DNA of 63,057 bases, filler included, from Octopus bimaculoides (lineage: Eukaryota), in the NCBI RefSeq assembly GCF_001194135.2. It is 5 parts of 4 records of this genome, joined end to end, with 100 filler letters (N's around TTAATTAATTAA, not from the genome) between each part and the next. Parts side by side here need not be neighbours in the genome. Positions count along the whole stretch, not along the records: positions 29,043 to 51,862 come from NC_068990.1; 4 more parts are not named here. One strand, given 5' to 3'. Both the position numbers and the translations under genes were made by a program. The notes under the pieces are model-generated. The model did no database searches. It was not told the DNA's origin and saw only the letters and a program-made list of their open reading frames with translations. Numbering within the stretch: the first letter of the stretch is position 1; every line of letters begins with the position of its first letter. Positions 35,398 through 47,900 of this stretch are shown here, one piece after another.

Positions 35398-38300
35398 CTG
35401 AAGAAGATTAAATGATAAAGATAAAATAACATAGCTATCTGTATTACATATAAAAAAAAGTAAATGAACTAGCATTCACCTGGAGATAACATCTCTTATG
35501 AACTCGCTGTGTTTAAAAACAAATCATATTAGTAGCAGATGAAAATTGTTCACTAGCAGAGGTGAGAATGTTAAGTGTACATTTTGGCCTCTTTGGTCCT
35601 TGTCACTAGCACATACCCACTGCTAGCTGCACACTAAGACAACTGATAAAGGAAAACAGTGACTGGAAAAAAAAAAAAAAGAAAAAAAAAAAATCACTAA
35701 TGTTATGGTAAGCCACCTAGCTGAATGAAAATTTGTTAGATGCAGCAAAAGCAAAATTAGATTAAAATAGCCACCTGTGTGTCATATTCAATGCAGATAT
35801 ATCACAAAAGGCAAATTAATTGCAGTATTTGTCTGCTACTGACATTTTTGTGTTTTTAAGCATCCATAAGGGACATTATCCTTGGAAGAATATGCCTTTC
35901 ATGATGTACCTGCATAAAGTATGATACACAGATGGCTACTTTAATCTAAGAGGTTCTAGTCAGAGGGGTTGCAGTTAACTTCCATTAACAATTTACTTAT
36001 CTAGGTAATAAAATGTCTAGCGGTGAAAGTGATGTAAACACACATCATGATAAAGTCTGGAATGCTATCAACAAGTTAACTCTAATGTGGAAATCTAGAC
36101 TCCTACACATCCAAAGGGGCCTCCTTCAAGCAGCTGCTACCTCTGTTCTTTTGTATGGCAGCTCAACATGGACCCTTACCTCCCAACTGGAAAGAAAATT
36201 GGATTGAGTCTCCACTCGTATGCTAAGAGTAGCTTTGCCTGTCACTTGAAAAGACCGTCTGACCAATGAATGATTGTACGGGAACCTTTGTCCAGTATCA
36301 GATATTATCAAAGAGTATAGAGTTAGATTCACAGAGCATTGCTGGAGTGCTAAAGACATAGTATATATAATGATATGCTAAATACAACAAAACCAAAAAC
36401 TTTAGCATTTAGATTACTTTGTCAAATGTAATGTTTATTCACATTATTTTGAATTAATCGAGCATTGTCTTGTAGCTTTGAGAAGCAAGATCTGGCCAGT
36501 TTGTACATAAAGCAGGTAAAATACTTGGGCCTGACATGGCTGGCTTAAATGCTAAAGGGTTAAACAAGAACGGGATGTTAAGGGTTAATGAGAAAAGAGA
36601 GTGATAAGGGCAGTGTGATGGATTGTGTTGGGGAGGCCAGGGGATATCCCACATTATGTACATGCTTTGTCTTGACATCATTCCCTATTTATAAACAAAC
36701 ATCACCTCCATAAAAGTGGTGTCATTCACTTTTAAACTTCTGTAAAAATCTGTGTGATTCATGTTGAAATGACCTGAGGAAATATTAGAGTGTTAGTGAC
36801 AGGAAGAGCATCCAGCTGCAAAAAAAAAAAAATTACCTCAACAAATTTCATCTGACCCATAGGTTAGTCCACATTACCCCATAACGAAAACAAGGCTAGT
36901 TTCTTATTCTCTTTGTGTATAGATACTCTTTCCTGGAGAGGACACCAGAATTGCTCATTTTTATCAACTGAGTGGACTGGAGCAACATAAAATGATGAAG
37001 TGTTTTGCTCAAGAACACAACACATTGCCTGGTCCAGGAATTGAAACCATAATCTTAGACCACGAGTCCAACACCCTAACCACTAAGCCACACACCTCCC
37101 ACATTTGACCCCTGCAAGTATGGATAATGAACTTTAACCCTTTAGCATTGAGATTATTCCGTCAGATGTAAAGCTTATTGGTTTTAATTTATTACACATT
37201 ATCTTGTAGCTTTAAAATTTCCATGACATGAGTGTTTATTTTTAGAATGACATTGTAGGGTAAGTTGAGAGGCCAGATCTGGCTGGTTCTGAAGATAAAA
37301 CCGGTAGATTATTTTAGCTGGATTACAGCTGGTTTAAATGCTAAAGTGTGAAAGGTTTCATTTCTAATACAGATGCTAATTGACCAAATGACCTTTACAG
37401 TTATAGATCTTTGTTCTTTTTAATATAATTTTTTACTCTTTTTTGCATGACTTAGAAGTGAAAGAGCAATACTCACAACTCATTATGCTTTTTTTTTTCC
37501 CCCTCAAAAGGTATGAAATTCTGAGACTAAGAGCAAAGCCTAAAAGTGAAATCTGCTAAAGGGATATCTAAGGACCAGGCAGTAGGTTTCTAAACAAGCA
37601 ATGGATTAAATACACCAATTTTCATGGAGAAATAGCCGTGTGGTTAAGAATTAAATCTGCCCCTGTCCTGCAAAAAAGAAAAATCCAGTGGACATTAAAT
37701 GATGAATGTTTTGTTGAAACCAAGTGTGAAGCAAAAGGCCCTTGTGCAAGGTACTGTTCAGCTACATTGAACTCGAAACCATACAATACTATTCTATATT
37801 TCTGAAATGAAGAATCTATATTATGTATTTGTCAGACTGGTAACCTCATGATTGTTGCTTTCATTATGTTTCAGTTGTGTTCGCTCCAACCTTCTTCAGG
37901 TGTCTTATGATGAACTTGATTGTTATATCAGAATTTTGATACATTCCACAGAGAGTAGAACGAGAATAGTGTACCTCTGTGAATCAAAGAGTTAGGTTTG
38001 AAATTCTGATACAACTGAGTTTGACACAAGACACGAAAAGAAGAATGGAATGTACAACAGCCAAAATGTTGCGAAAGCAATAAACAAGATCAAGACACCA
38101 CTCTGGTTAATACAAACAGTGTACATAATTGAAAGCACACAATTTCAAATTGAATTTCATAACCATGTAGCTATGTTCTTGGTTAGGAAATTTCAACTGA
38201 AAAATATATGAATAAAAGAGACTGTAACTGATCAATATTTACTTACGAATTAACTGTTCAATGATTTCAGTTTGTTTACTGATTGGGAAAAATAAGAAAG

Positions 38301-41300
38301 TGTCTTTCAGTGTCAAAGGGCATGTTAGGTGAGAATTGTTCCCAATATAGAGCAGTGTTGGGTTATGCCCTTGTGAAGTTCCACCAATCTTCCACACAAC
38401 CGTTTCTTTCAATATAATATCAACAGAAAAAAAGACTGCTGTAGATTCTTCATAATTCACTTGAACCTGAATAATAAATAATAAAATATTAACTGTTACA
38501 ACAATAATTGGCACAGGGCCAGTAGTTTTAGCCAATTACATCAACTCAAATACTTGGCAGGTAGTTTATTTTATCAACCCCAAAAGGAAGACTGGCAAAA
38601 TTGATCTCAGCAGTATTTCAACGCAAAACACAGAGAATCAAAAGAAATGCTACTAAGATGTTTGATTGTCAAAGAGACATTATCAAGTATCAATAATATT
38701 AATACGCCAATTTGTTTTTTGTATATATCTGACGCATGTGTAACACATAAGAGAAAGAAATTGTTGAAATGTTGTTGCTTAAATAAAAATTTTTTTAACT
38801 ATCTTGTAATTTCTGGAAGTGATTTGAAACCACCACTTATGTATTATTACTACTTCACAACACCCATGCCTACTGGGCCACTGAATCAGTAACAATCACT
38901 CAAGGATGAGACAAAGAAGGGGGAAAGAAATCAGCAAAGGATAGAACAACAAATGAGCCAGGACCAAAGAGAAGTGTATATTCAAAATAAGAGAGATCAG
39001 AGATCAACAGTATCAAGAACACATGAGTCAAGAATAAAGGCAGCTTAACTTAGAAAATATGAGAAGCAGAACTGGATCTCTCTTGGCCTACCAGCAAACC
39101 ACAAAATCGCACCAGCCAACATCACCACCAAGTCCGTCATATGTGTGTGTGTGTGTGTGTGTGTGTGTCCCCATTGCTTGACAACCGATGTTGGTGTGTT
39201 TGCATCCCTGCAACTTAGCTGCTCAGCAGAAGAGACTGATAGAATAAACACCAGGCTCACAGGGAATAAGTCTAGGGGTCAATTTCATTGACTAAACAGT
39301 GGTGCTCCAGCATGGCCATCGTCAAATGGCAAACAAGAAAAACATTCCATACCACTAAACCAAGAGGGTACTCTGAATATATATGATGTATTTTAAGGCT
39401 AAATAGCAATTCTGTTTATGTTTGCGTAACAGATATTTTGGTTGGATTATATAGTTATCAGTTTTACACAATATACTTTTCTACTATAGGCAGAAGCTTT
39501 GAAATTTTTTGGGAGGGGGGGGGGCAGTCAATTAGATTGACTCCAGTACACAACTGGTACTTAATTTATCGATCCCGAAAGGATGAAAGGCAAAGTTGAG
39601 CTCGGTAGAATTTGAACTCAGAACGTAAAGACAGATGAAATATCGTTAAGCATTTCACCCAGCGTGCTAACGATTCTGCCAGCTCACCGCCTTTAACTGT
39701 CACAATATAGAAACATTTCCCATGGCACCAGCACACAGTTTACAGATGCTTACATATTTTTATATTTTCCGTGAATTTTTCACAGGTCCTGCTAGTAGAG
39801 AATATAAATATAATAAACAATTAAGATATTAACTCCATTAGCTTAAAGCTGTTTCTGCTACATGGTACAATGCCCTCATAGCTGAGTGCTTGAGTATCAC
39901 CTTAAAGCTTCCTTGGAGCTTCAAACAAGAAGCACAATCTATTTTGGAAAACAATTGTACTGAAGCATATGTGTATTGAGTCCTAACACTGTTATTAGCA
40001 TTGCAATACCTTAGTGAAATATATATATATATATATATATATATTGGAATGTTATAGATCATAAACATATTAAACTTACATCCATTTTATTCTGGTCAAA
40101 GATCTTGAAAGCATTCACCAGATTAACATTTCTGTTATTTTCTTTCAAGATACCAGTATAAAAAGCACCAATGATACTGTCTTTAGCAGTTTTTAGTCCA
40201 CAACCTGAAATTGGATTCCAGAATTTACTAATTTAAAGAAGAAAAAAAAAATAAATAAAAGAATACCCTTATAGCTTAGTTAAGCAATAAAAAGCAATCA
40301 ACTAGGAACGAGAGTGTGATGACGTAGAATTTATTTTGTTACATTTGGTTATATACTGTGAAGGCAAAAGCAATCAGCCAACTGGTGCTTCAGAGGAATT
40401 CTACCGAGCTGGAAGTCCCTTCCCTGCAGACCAGCTCACTAGCTATCCCACAGTTCATCCATAACCAGTTCTTGGGCAGTGCAGCGGTGAAATCTCTCCA
40501 CTAACTCATTGGCCCAGGGATGGTAGGCTGTTGTGCACTTCATTGTGATTCCAGAAAGGTCACATGTCATTCCATAGATTCAAGGTGAATTGAGGGTCAT
40601 GATCAGATGAGATGCTGTCTGGGACACTGAAACAAGCAACCCAGTTTGTGATGAAGGTGCAGCTGACCTGTGTTTCCATACTGTGCAGAAGGATAGCCTC
40701 AGGCCAACGTGTAGTGGTCTATCAAGGTCAGTAAGGTATGAGCAACCTTGCAAAGATGGTAGGGGACTGATGTAGCAGGAATGGGCCTGTGGTAGTTCAT
40801 AATTGTCAAGAGGTGCTTTGGTGTGCTGATGGACTTTGGTTTGTTGACAGAGGATACAGGTCTTGGTCCACTCCCCTGTTTGCTTGGCCATACCGTGCCA
40901 GATAAATTTGCTTCACAGCAGACACTATGTGGCTCTAGAACCTGGGTGGGACATCAAAAACCTTTCGGCACCAGGCTAATGGGATGATTGGTTGTGGCTT
41001 CCCAGTGGATACATCACAAAGTAGGGTTGTGATGTTGGAGCTACAGTGCACATCCTGCAAGGAAAGTGAGGTGATCATCTTATCTACATTCCATCTTGAT
41101 CTTATTAGAATAATTCTAATGTTAATAATAGGGTTTAATTATTTTGAAACATTCCAGTCACATCTTAAATCTATAGCACCAATATAGTTTTTTCTTATAT
41201 TTTCATAGAAATTCTTTCTTCCAAACAATTCTACTTTCAGGTGAAAATAAAACTTCTGTTTCTTTCACCAGCCATCAGGTCTCCTGTCAGCTTGTTTACT

Positions 41301-44300
41301 TTATTTTGTTTTCAAAGATCATCATCAACTTTCAACATCTGTTGTCCATGCTGGCATGGGTTAGACGGTTTGACCAGGGCTGCACCAGACTCCAGTCTGA
41401 TATCGCATGGTTTCTACAGCTGGAAGCCCTTAACGCCAACCACTCCAAGAGTAATGGTTGCTTTTATGTGCTAGTTGCATGACACTAGTATCTGGTACAA
41501 CTATATTGTAGAGGGAAATTTGCCCAAGGTACTATGCTGTGGGACTGAACCTGAAACCATGTGATTTGGAAGCTGCTTTTTTAACCACACAGTCATGCTT
41601 ATACTTAAAGACAGAATGAGAAATTTTTTTCTGAAATAATTTGCCAAAACAAATGTGGCAAATCAAGGAATTGCAACTATTTCTCTAGGCATGATTTCTT
41701 ACAGAGTAAACTAGCACCAAGAGGTGAGATACTTTAGAGATATGGTCAAGCTGTGTCAGAAAAAACAAAGTAGATTGTAAAGAAACATTGTTGGTTTACC
41801 TTTTAAATTGACTGCAAGTTTCACATCTTGGAAGGAAGTCATAAGAAACTTTTCAATGTATTTCCAAATAATGATTCCAAAATTATAAGCTAAAGACATC
41901 CAAGGTTGAATCTTTGGGTCAAAAGCATTCATAATGCCAAAACCATTGAGCTAAAAATATCAATGAACAAATATGGATTTCTCACATAGGTACAAATTAA
42001 TAAAATTTAAAGAAGGGTAAAGAAAGACAAAAAGGAAGAGGAGAGACAAGGAGACACAGAAAACTCTTGCCATTTAGGAAAAAAAAAGCAGGTGGGAATA
42101 TATTTGGCAATGAGTCCAAGATACATTATGCTGAAAAGATACATTACACAAAAAACCAAAAAGTAATGGTAATTGCAGTGACACCTTCAATTACAGATTC
42201 TGAGTGAAGATTGAAACTGATGTCAAAACACTTCAGAAACACAATCATAAAGTATAGATCAAGTTCCACCACCACACATTTATCAATATCTATCTATTTA
42301 CATTTTTATACACACACACACACACACACACAAATACATTTAAGAGAGAAAAATGAAAATATGAAAAACAGCATCCCTACAGCTCCAGTGTAGTCAACAC
42401 CTTGCACAAAGTTAACAATTTGCCGTGCTGCATCTTCTCCACACCGTTTCTGAGCTTCCACAGTGCTAGCTCCCAGATGTGGAGTAGAGATCACCTTCTC
42501 ATGCTGAATTAAGTTGGAATTTGTGGGAGGCTCCTGTAAGAAAAAAAATATAAGAAATCTTTTTTGAAAAAGATATATAAATACAAAAGATGTTTAAAAT
42601 GCACCAAATACATACTGAAATCAGTCAACATATTGCCATGGCTCTATTTTTAACCATTTTGACAGCAAACCACTAGAGATCACCCTTGTTTCTATGACAG
42701 CTCCTATTTTGATGCCAATTGGTCTGAGACTGCTTTTGGTTCTATGATCGAAACTTCCTTTTTAATAGTGATCTAAATTAAAACCTATCAAAATTTCATG
42801 TTAATTAATGTTCCAAGTTGGCAGAATCATTAGCACGCCAAGCAAATTGCTCGGCAGCATTTCACCTGTCTTTACATTGTAAGTTCAAATTCTACCAAGG
42901 TCAAATTCCCTCCCACAAAATTGCTGGCTTAGGCCAAAATTCGAAACCAATTTATGCTCCAAACACCAGATTAATAATGACAGACATTTTACTAAATTCA
43001 TTATTTTCAAAATAAATTGAAGCAAGGACAGTGAATTTACAAATATGATATCAAAAGGGTTAAGCAGATCTTATGTTCAAAGACATTCCAACCATAGCCA
43101 TCCAGTCATTTTTTATCTAATCACAGTAAATCCCAGACTACATCATCCAATGATGGTAAGGTGGGATTTAATCCTTTTGATATCAACCATTTTAAGACCA
43201 CCCTTAGATTTTATGAAACAAACTTCCTGTTTTAAAGTAATTAAAATCTTTCAAATTTTCACATTAATTAACATTCCAAATTATTTTAGCAAACTTCATT
43301 ATTTTTAAAATAATCTAAAACAAAGTATAAAGAAAAATATGGCAATAATAGGGTTAATTATGAAACTCTTACCTGCTCAAAGACGTCAAGTGCTGCCCCT
43401 CCACACTGACCGGATTCTAAAGCTGAAAGCAAATCCTTCTCATTGATTATTCCACCACGTGCACAGTTTACCACTTTTACTCCCTTAGGACAGGATGACA
43501 GGGTTTGAGAGTTTATCAGATCTGAGACAAAAGACCAAAAATAAATAAATAAAATTAAAAACAAAATACAAAACAACACTTAATATCAGTGCAGAAACAA
43601 TTAGGGAATGATGCTAGATTTAATCTTGTTTGCTTCTTTAATTTATATCTATTTTTCAAGTTTCATGAAGAAATATAAAAATTATCTTCATAGACTCAAG
43701 AAGCTCAGTTAAGAAGTTTGCTTTGCAGCCCTGTGGTTTTGGGTTCAGTCCTACTGCACAGCATTTTGGATGAGGGTCATCTTTAGCCACAGGCTATGGA
43801 AGATGACCCTTATGAGTGAATTCGGCAGACAGAAAGGCAAAAACTCCCTGGAAGCCTGTCGTACATATGTATGCATAAATATATTTGTTGTGGGGTTGTA
43901 ATGTAGTCATATGTGCTGCAAATAACGTTGAGCATACATGATTGTTTAATTACATAATGAAACAGCAGTAATTAGTGTATCAAATCTTACGTTTGGTTTG
44001 GGGAATCAATGGGGTATGAACTGTGAGATAATGGGACAAGCGAAGTGTTTCTTCAAGAGATAATTTCGTAATATTGCACTTCAGAGCTTCTTCTTCTGTT
44101 ACTATTGGGTCAAAACCAACAGTCTGAAAGAAAGAAAACAAACTTTAGAAGAATAATAATTAGGAAAACTATTTTAAGAGATTTAACTATCTTGTTCTTT
44201 TAAATCAGTGGTTCTCAACCATTATTTTCTCTATGGACCCCTTGATTCCTATTTTACTCAGACCCCACCCTCCTCCCCAGCTATTTAATGTTTGAAAAAT

Positions 44301-46399
44301 CATATTTTTATAATTATTTGGAATTGAATAAAAAAAATTAAAATATTTTAATATATTGTTTAAATATAACCAATTTATTGCATTTAAATTTCAACAAAAT
44401 CTTAAATGGACCCCAAAGAGTCATATGGACCTTGGTCAAGAATCAACGTTTTGAATCAAATTGTATTTAAATTGTGTTTTCAACTTTCTCTCCAAGGATA
44501 ATAAAATAAAGAACCAGTCAAGTACTGGAAGTGATGGTATTCACTAAACTCTTTGTGTCAAAATTGCTTTTCAAAATTAATCAAAGCAAATGAGAAGAGT
44601 TAAATGTTTAACCTCTTTGGTACCAACCAGGGCTGGCTCAAGGTACTAGCATCTCAAGCAGTTGCCCAGGGTGCTATGAGCTAGGTGGCACCAAGGAGAG
44701 CGTGACAAAGACGAGAAAATTTCCACAACTATCAGCTTGTACATGCCGAAGTTCAGCTTGCCTGGGGCAACAGCCACCCTAGGGTCAGCCTTGGTACCAA
44801 CCCACTGAAACCACTNNNNNNNNNNNNNNNNNNNNNNNNNNNNNNNNNNNNNNNNNNNNNNNNNNNNNNNNNNNNNNNNNNNNNNNNNNNNNNNNNNNNN
44901 NNNNNNNNNNNNNNNNNNNNNNNNNNNNNNNNNNNNNNNNNNNNNNNNNNNNNNNNNNNNNNNNNNNNNNNNNNNNNNNNNNNNNNNNNNNNNNNNNNNN
45001 NNNNNNNNNNNNNNNNNNNNNNNNNNNNNNNNNNNNNNNNNNNNNNNNNNNNNNNNNNNNNNNNNNNNNNNNNNNNNNNNNNNNNNNNNNNNNNNNAACC
45101 TCCTTTAGGCCTTCTTTTGGATATTTAGATTTTTCTTTTTCCTTATTTTCAAACAATTATCTTAACTAATTCTACGGAAATATGTTGCCAATGAAATTTC
45201 ATAAAAAATCAGATTAGCATAAAAAAAAAAATGTTCCTTACCTTCATACCAAAAGACTGCATACGTTTTGCAACTTCTCTGCCTATACGACCCAAACCAA
45301 TAATTCCAAGAGTTTTGCCATACAACTCAGTACCCATATATTTTTTGCGGTCCCACAAACCTTCTTTCATAGATTTGGCTGCTTGAGGAACATGCCTAAA
45401 TGTAAGAAATAATTAAAGAATTTTTAAAAACCTAAAATATACATGGTTCAAATTAACATTTCTGCAATAGAAAGACAGCAAAGTGATGGAGCTAATCTTG
45501 TGGGCTTTAGTAATATATCTGTCAAAATTAGTTTGGATCTAGCTGAAAGAGACTTGACTTTGCCTTTCATCTCTCTGCATTCTATAAAGGCTTGAAGTGT
45601 TGACTGAATTGATTAAATATGTAAATCTCCGATGTCGTGGCTATAGACACAGACATGACTATGGTCAAGAACTTAGCTCTCAATGACATGGTTTTGGGTT
45701 CAGTCCCACAGCGTAGCACCTTGAGCAAATGTCTTCCACTACAGCCATGGGTTGACCAAATCCTTGTGAGTGGATTTGGTAGATAGAAACCGAAATAACT
45801 TATTGAATATACGTATAAATATGTATGTGTGTGTGGGTTTCTGTCTTCTTGTCAGGACATCGTGATTGTTATAAATTCTCCAAAAAACATGTCAGGACAG
45901 AGAAGTAAATTCATGAGTGCAATACCTCTGACTAAGTTTACTCAATAAAGGCTCACTTGTTAAACAACAATGACTATAACAAGTCTCAAAACACTACAAC
46001 ATGCTTCTGACATTAGAAATATATAAACATTATGAACAAGAAACTTGTAAGACTAACCTGCTGAGGGCAATAATTAAAGCACATGTATGTTCTGTGGCAC
46101 TCAGTGTGTTTGACATAGGAGTACTGGAAAACAAAACAAAAAGATATATTTAAAAAAATGAAATAGTTAAAAACAAAATTTTAAAATAAAATCTTTAGTA
46201 CAAGGTGTAAATCTTCCAAGAAGTTAAAGAAAGAAATAGGATTTTTTACTATATGCGAAGACATGGCTGTGTAATTAAGCTTGTTTTGCATCTATAGTTG
46301 TGTGTTCAATCTCAGTTCTTTGCATTTGGCACCTTAGACAAAAGTTTTCTAACAGTCACAGATTAGTCAGTATTTTGTAAGTGGAATTTGGTCAAAGCT

Positions 46400-46434
<35 letters not shown>

Positions 46435-46444
46435 NNNNNNNNNN

Positions 46445-46485
<41 letters not shown>

Positions 46486-47900
46486 AGGTCTGATCAATAA
46501 GTATCAGGACTGTTGCCATAGTAACGAAAGTGGCTTTTTGATCAGTTCAAAGCAGATTTGGCACAAACTTATAAACATACATCTCATACACAAATCTTCA
46601 ATGATAATGGACTATGCTGAACCATAAGTAATCTGCACATGCTCTGATAACTCATGGATGGTGAATTACTTATCTCCCCCTCACAGCTGCAGGCACATTT
46701 GTGAGGTTTTTCTCAGTTTGGCTAGTTGTGGGTCTCCCAGAATGTTTGTCAATATGGACATTTTTTGGCCATCTTGGAAACATCTGAGTTACTCGTACAC
46801 TTGTGTGCAGCTCATACACTCCTCTGCATACACTTTCTGCAACTTTGTGTAAGCCTCTGAGCAGGTATTACCATGACAACTTTTTCTATCCTTGTCAATG
46901 TGATGACCACATCCTACACCTTCCTTCCAAGCACTGCTGTAAACAGCATAAGTCAGCTAAAATGTTAAAGCAGTGTGCATGCACAGCAGAGTTCAAGGTC
47001 AATCTTCACTAAGTGGCTTTACTGTGTGTTTTAGCTTCGTTACTATGGCAATAGCCTGGATTACTTATTTATCAAACCTCACGCGCGTGCGTGCGTGCGT
47101 GCGTGCGTGTGTGGACATTCTTAAACCTTTCCACACCATCTCACCTGAAAATGACTGGTTCTGCAATGCAAACTTCTTTATTAAGGCAGTGGTTCTCAAC
47201 CAGGGTCCACATCAAAACCTTGTGAATTGATTTTGCAGGCAGAAAGTGAAAGAAACCTATCATGTGTTTGTATATATGCAATACATAAAAGACACTCTGT
47301 AAAGTGGTTGGTGTTAGGAAGGGCATCCAGCTGTAGAAATCAAACCAGAACAGATGACTAGGGCCAGGTGCAGCCCTCTGGCTTACCAGTTCTGGTCAAA
47401 CTGTCTAAACCATGCCAGCATGGAAAACGGACATCAGATGGTGGCAGCAATGATTGTGTGTATGTGTTCTAAAGTATCTCTTTACATTTCATTATTTTTT
47501 GGGAAAGGGGAGAGGCTCACCTAAAATACGACATGTTAACAGAGCCATTGCTAAGACAGAAAAGAACAGAGTTTCTCAGATATAAAAGCAAACAAACAAA
47601 AACCACTTCATTACTTAATGGTAAGATACAAGGGATGGTTCAAATAAGAATAGCTGTTGACATACAAAAAAAAAAAGTATCATTAGAGAAATCAACAAAA
47701 TACCATAGGAGAGATGGAAGTGAATAGAGTTGGCTAATTTTCACTTACTTCATTACAAGAACACCACGTTTGGAACATTCTTCAATATTGACATTGTCAA
47801 TGCCAGTCCCAGCTCGAACAACCAATTTCAGATGTTTCGCTTCATCTAACAAGTCAGAAGTCACTGTTGTGGCTGACCTAATAACAAGTATGTTTGCAGA
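35219..47900 (-). CDS. PHGDH: D-3-phosphoglycerate dehydrogenase, spliced gene (10 coding exons found; first coding exon not located)
   Basis: Ten AG/GT-bounded exons of 152+66+154+133+149+153+151+125+220+179 = 1482 nt join in frame to 493 aa + TAA. Motifs [18 protein letters not shown] (Rossmann), GFDP, VHTPL, VNCARGG (catalytic Arg), DVFEQE (Glu) and TPHLGAST (His) match animal PHGDH as I know it. Confidence 0.97.
36010..36365 (+). mobile_element. RTE-like LINE C-terminal fragment in the last PHGDH intron
   Basis: ORF 36013..36207 WNAINKL...WKS...[21 protein letters not shown]. Confidence 0.8.
37134..37352 (+). mobile_element. piggyBac-like MITE (TTAA-CCCTTTAGCAT...ATGCTAAAGGG-TTAA family); further copies at 36398-36563 and ~48075-48245
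   Basis: Short TIRs with CCC/GGG termini next to TTAA; internal sequence shared among copies. Confidence 0.75.
37852..38082. mobile_element. Foldback pair of Penelope-type terminal repeats with a decayed hammerhead core
   Basis: Arms 37852-37936 and 38001-38082 are imperfect reverse complements; the left arm (minus) reads GACAC-CUGAAGAA-GGUUG...CAACU-GAAAC. Confidence 0.55.
38247..38466 (-). CDS. PHGDH: PHGDH exon: [73 protein letters not shown]
   Basis: ttattattcag acceptor, gtaagt donor, 220 nt, phase 0 to 1; [10 protein letters not shown] resembles vertebrate GLVQGTTPVL. Confidence 0.88.
40080..40204 (-). CDS. PHGDH: PHGDH exon: [42 protein letters not shown]
   Basis: ccaatttcag acceptor, gtaagt donor, 125 nt, phase 1 to 0; conserved VNLVNA motif. 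Confidence 0.93.
40385..41060 (-). mobile_element. Ty3/Gypsy LTR-retrotransposon integrase remnant in a PHGDH intron
   Basis: [29 protein letters not shown]...IWHGMAK...[16 protein letters not shown], then [17 protein letters not shown]; multiple stops and frameshifts. Confidence 0.88.
41800..41950 (-). CDS. PHGDH: PHGDH exon (start of C-terminal regulatory region): [50 protein letters not shown]
   Basis: atatttttag acceptor, gtaaac donor, 151 nt, phase 0 to 1; resembles vertebrate [21 protein letters not shown]. Confidence 0.92.
42381..42533 (-). CDS. PHGDH: PHGDH exon: [51 protein letters not shown]
   Basis: tttttcttacag acceptor, gtaggg donor, 153 nt; catalytic His motif; overlaps ORF 42306..42494. 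Confidence 0.97.
42650..43063 (+). mobile_element. TTAA-flanked piggyBac-like MITE containing a nested family C SINE (42817-42948); further copies at 31631-31810, 43168-43357 and 44607-44815
   Basis: ttaaccattttg...caaaagggttaa termini; SINE flanked by a degenerate 14-bp TSD aattaatgttccaa / aatttatgctccaa. Confidence 0.75.
43373..43521 (-). CDS. PHGDH: PHGDH exon: [50 protein letters not shown]
   Basis: ttttgtctcag acceptor, gtaaga donor, 149 nt; overlaps ORF 43358..43579. Confidence 0.98.
43991..44123 (-). CDS. PHGDH: PHGDH exon: [44 protein letters not shown]
   Basis: tttctttctttcag acceptor, gtaaga donor, 133 nt, phase 0 to 1. Confidence 0.97.
44206..44448 (+). mobile_element. hAT (Charlie-like) MITE
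   Basis: CAGTGGTTCTCAACC start, degenerate ggtcaagaatcaacg end, 8-bp flanks ttttaaat / ttttgaat. Confidence 0.65.
44628..44793 (+). mobile_element. 166-bp hAT-like MITE with perfect 8-bp TSD GTACCAAC, nested in a TTAA MITE
   Basis: cagggctggc...gtcagccttg termini; TSD 44620-44627 and 44794-44801. Confidence 0.8.
45242..45395 (-). CDS. PHGDH: PHGDH exon: [51 protein letters not shown]
   Basis: ttacatttag acceptor, gtaagg donor, 154 nt; contains GLGRIG. Confidence 0.97.
46058..46123 (-). CDS. PHGDH: PHGDH exon: [22 protein letters not shown]
   Basis: tttgttttccag acceptor, gttagt donor, 66 nt, phase 2 to 2. Confidence 0.96.
46484..47081 (-). mobile_element. Non-autonomous mariner, same family as 29846-30700, further deleted
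   Basis: gaggtctgatcaataagtatcaggactgttgccatagtaacg left TIR and its inverse at the right end; shared internal transposase remnant. Confidence 0.85.
47749..47900 (-). CDS. PHGDH: PHGDH exon (human exon 2 equivalent): [51 protein letters not shown]
   Basis: cttttcatttttcag acceptor, gtaagt donor, 152 nt, phase 0 to 2. Confidence 0.97.
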
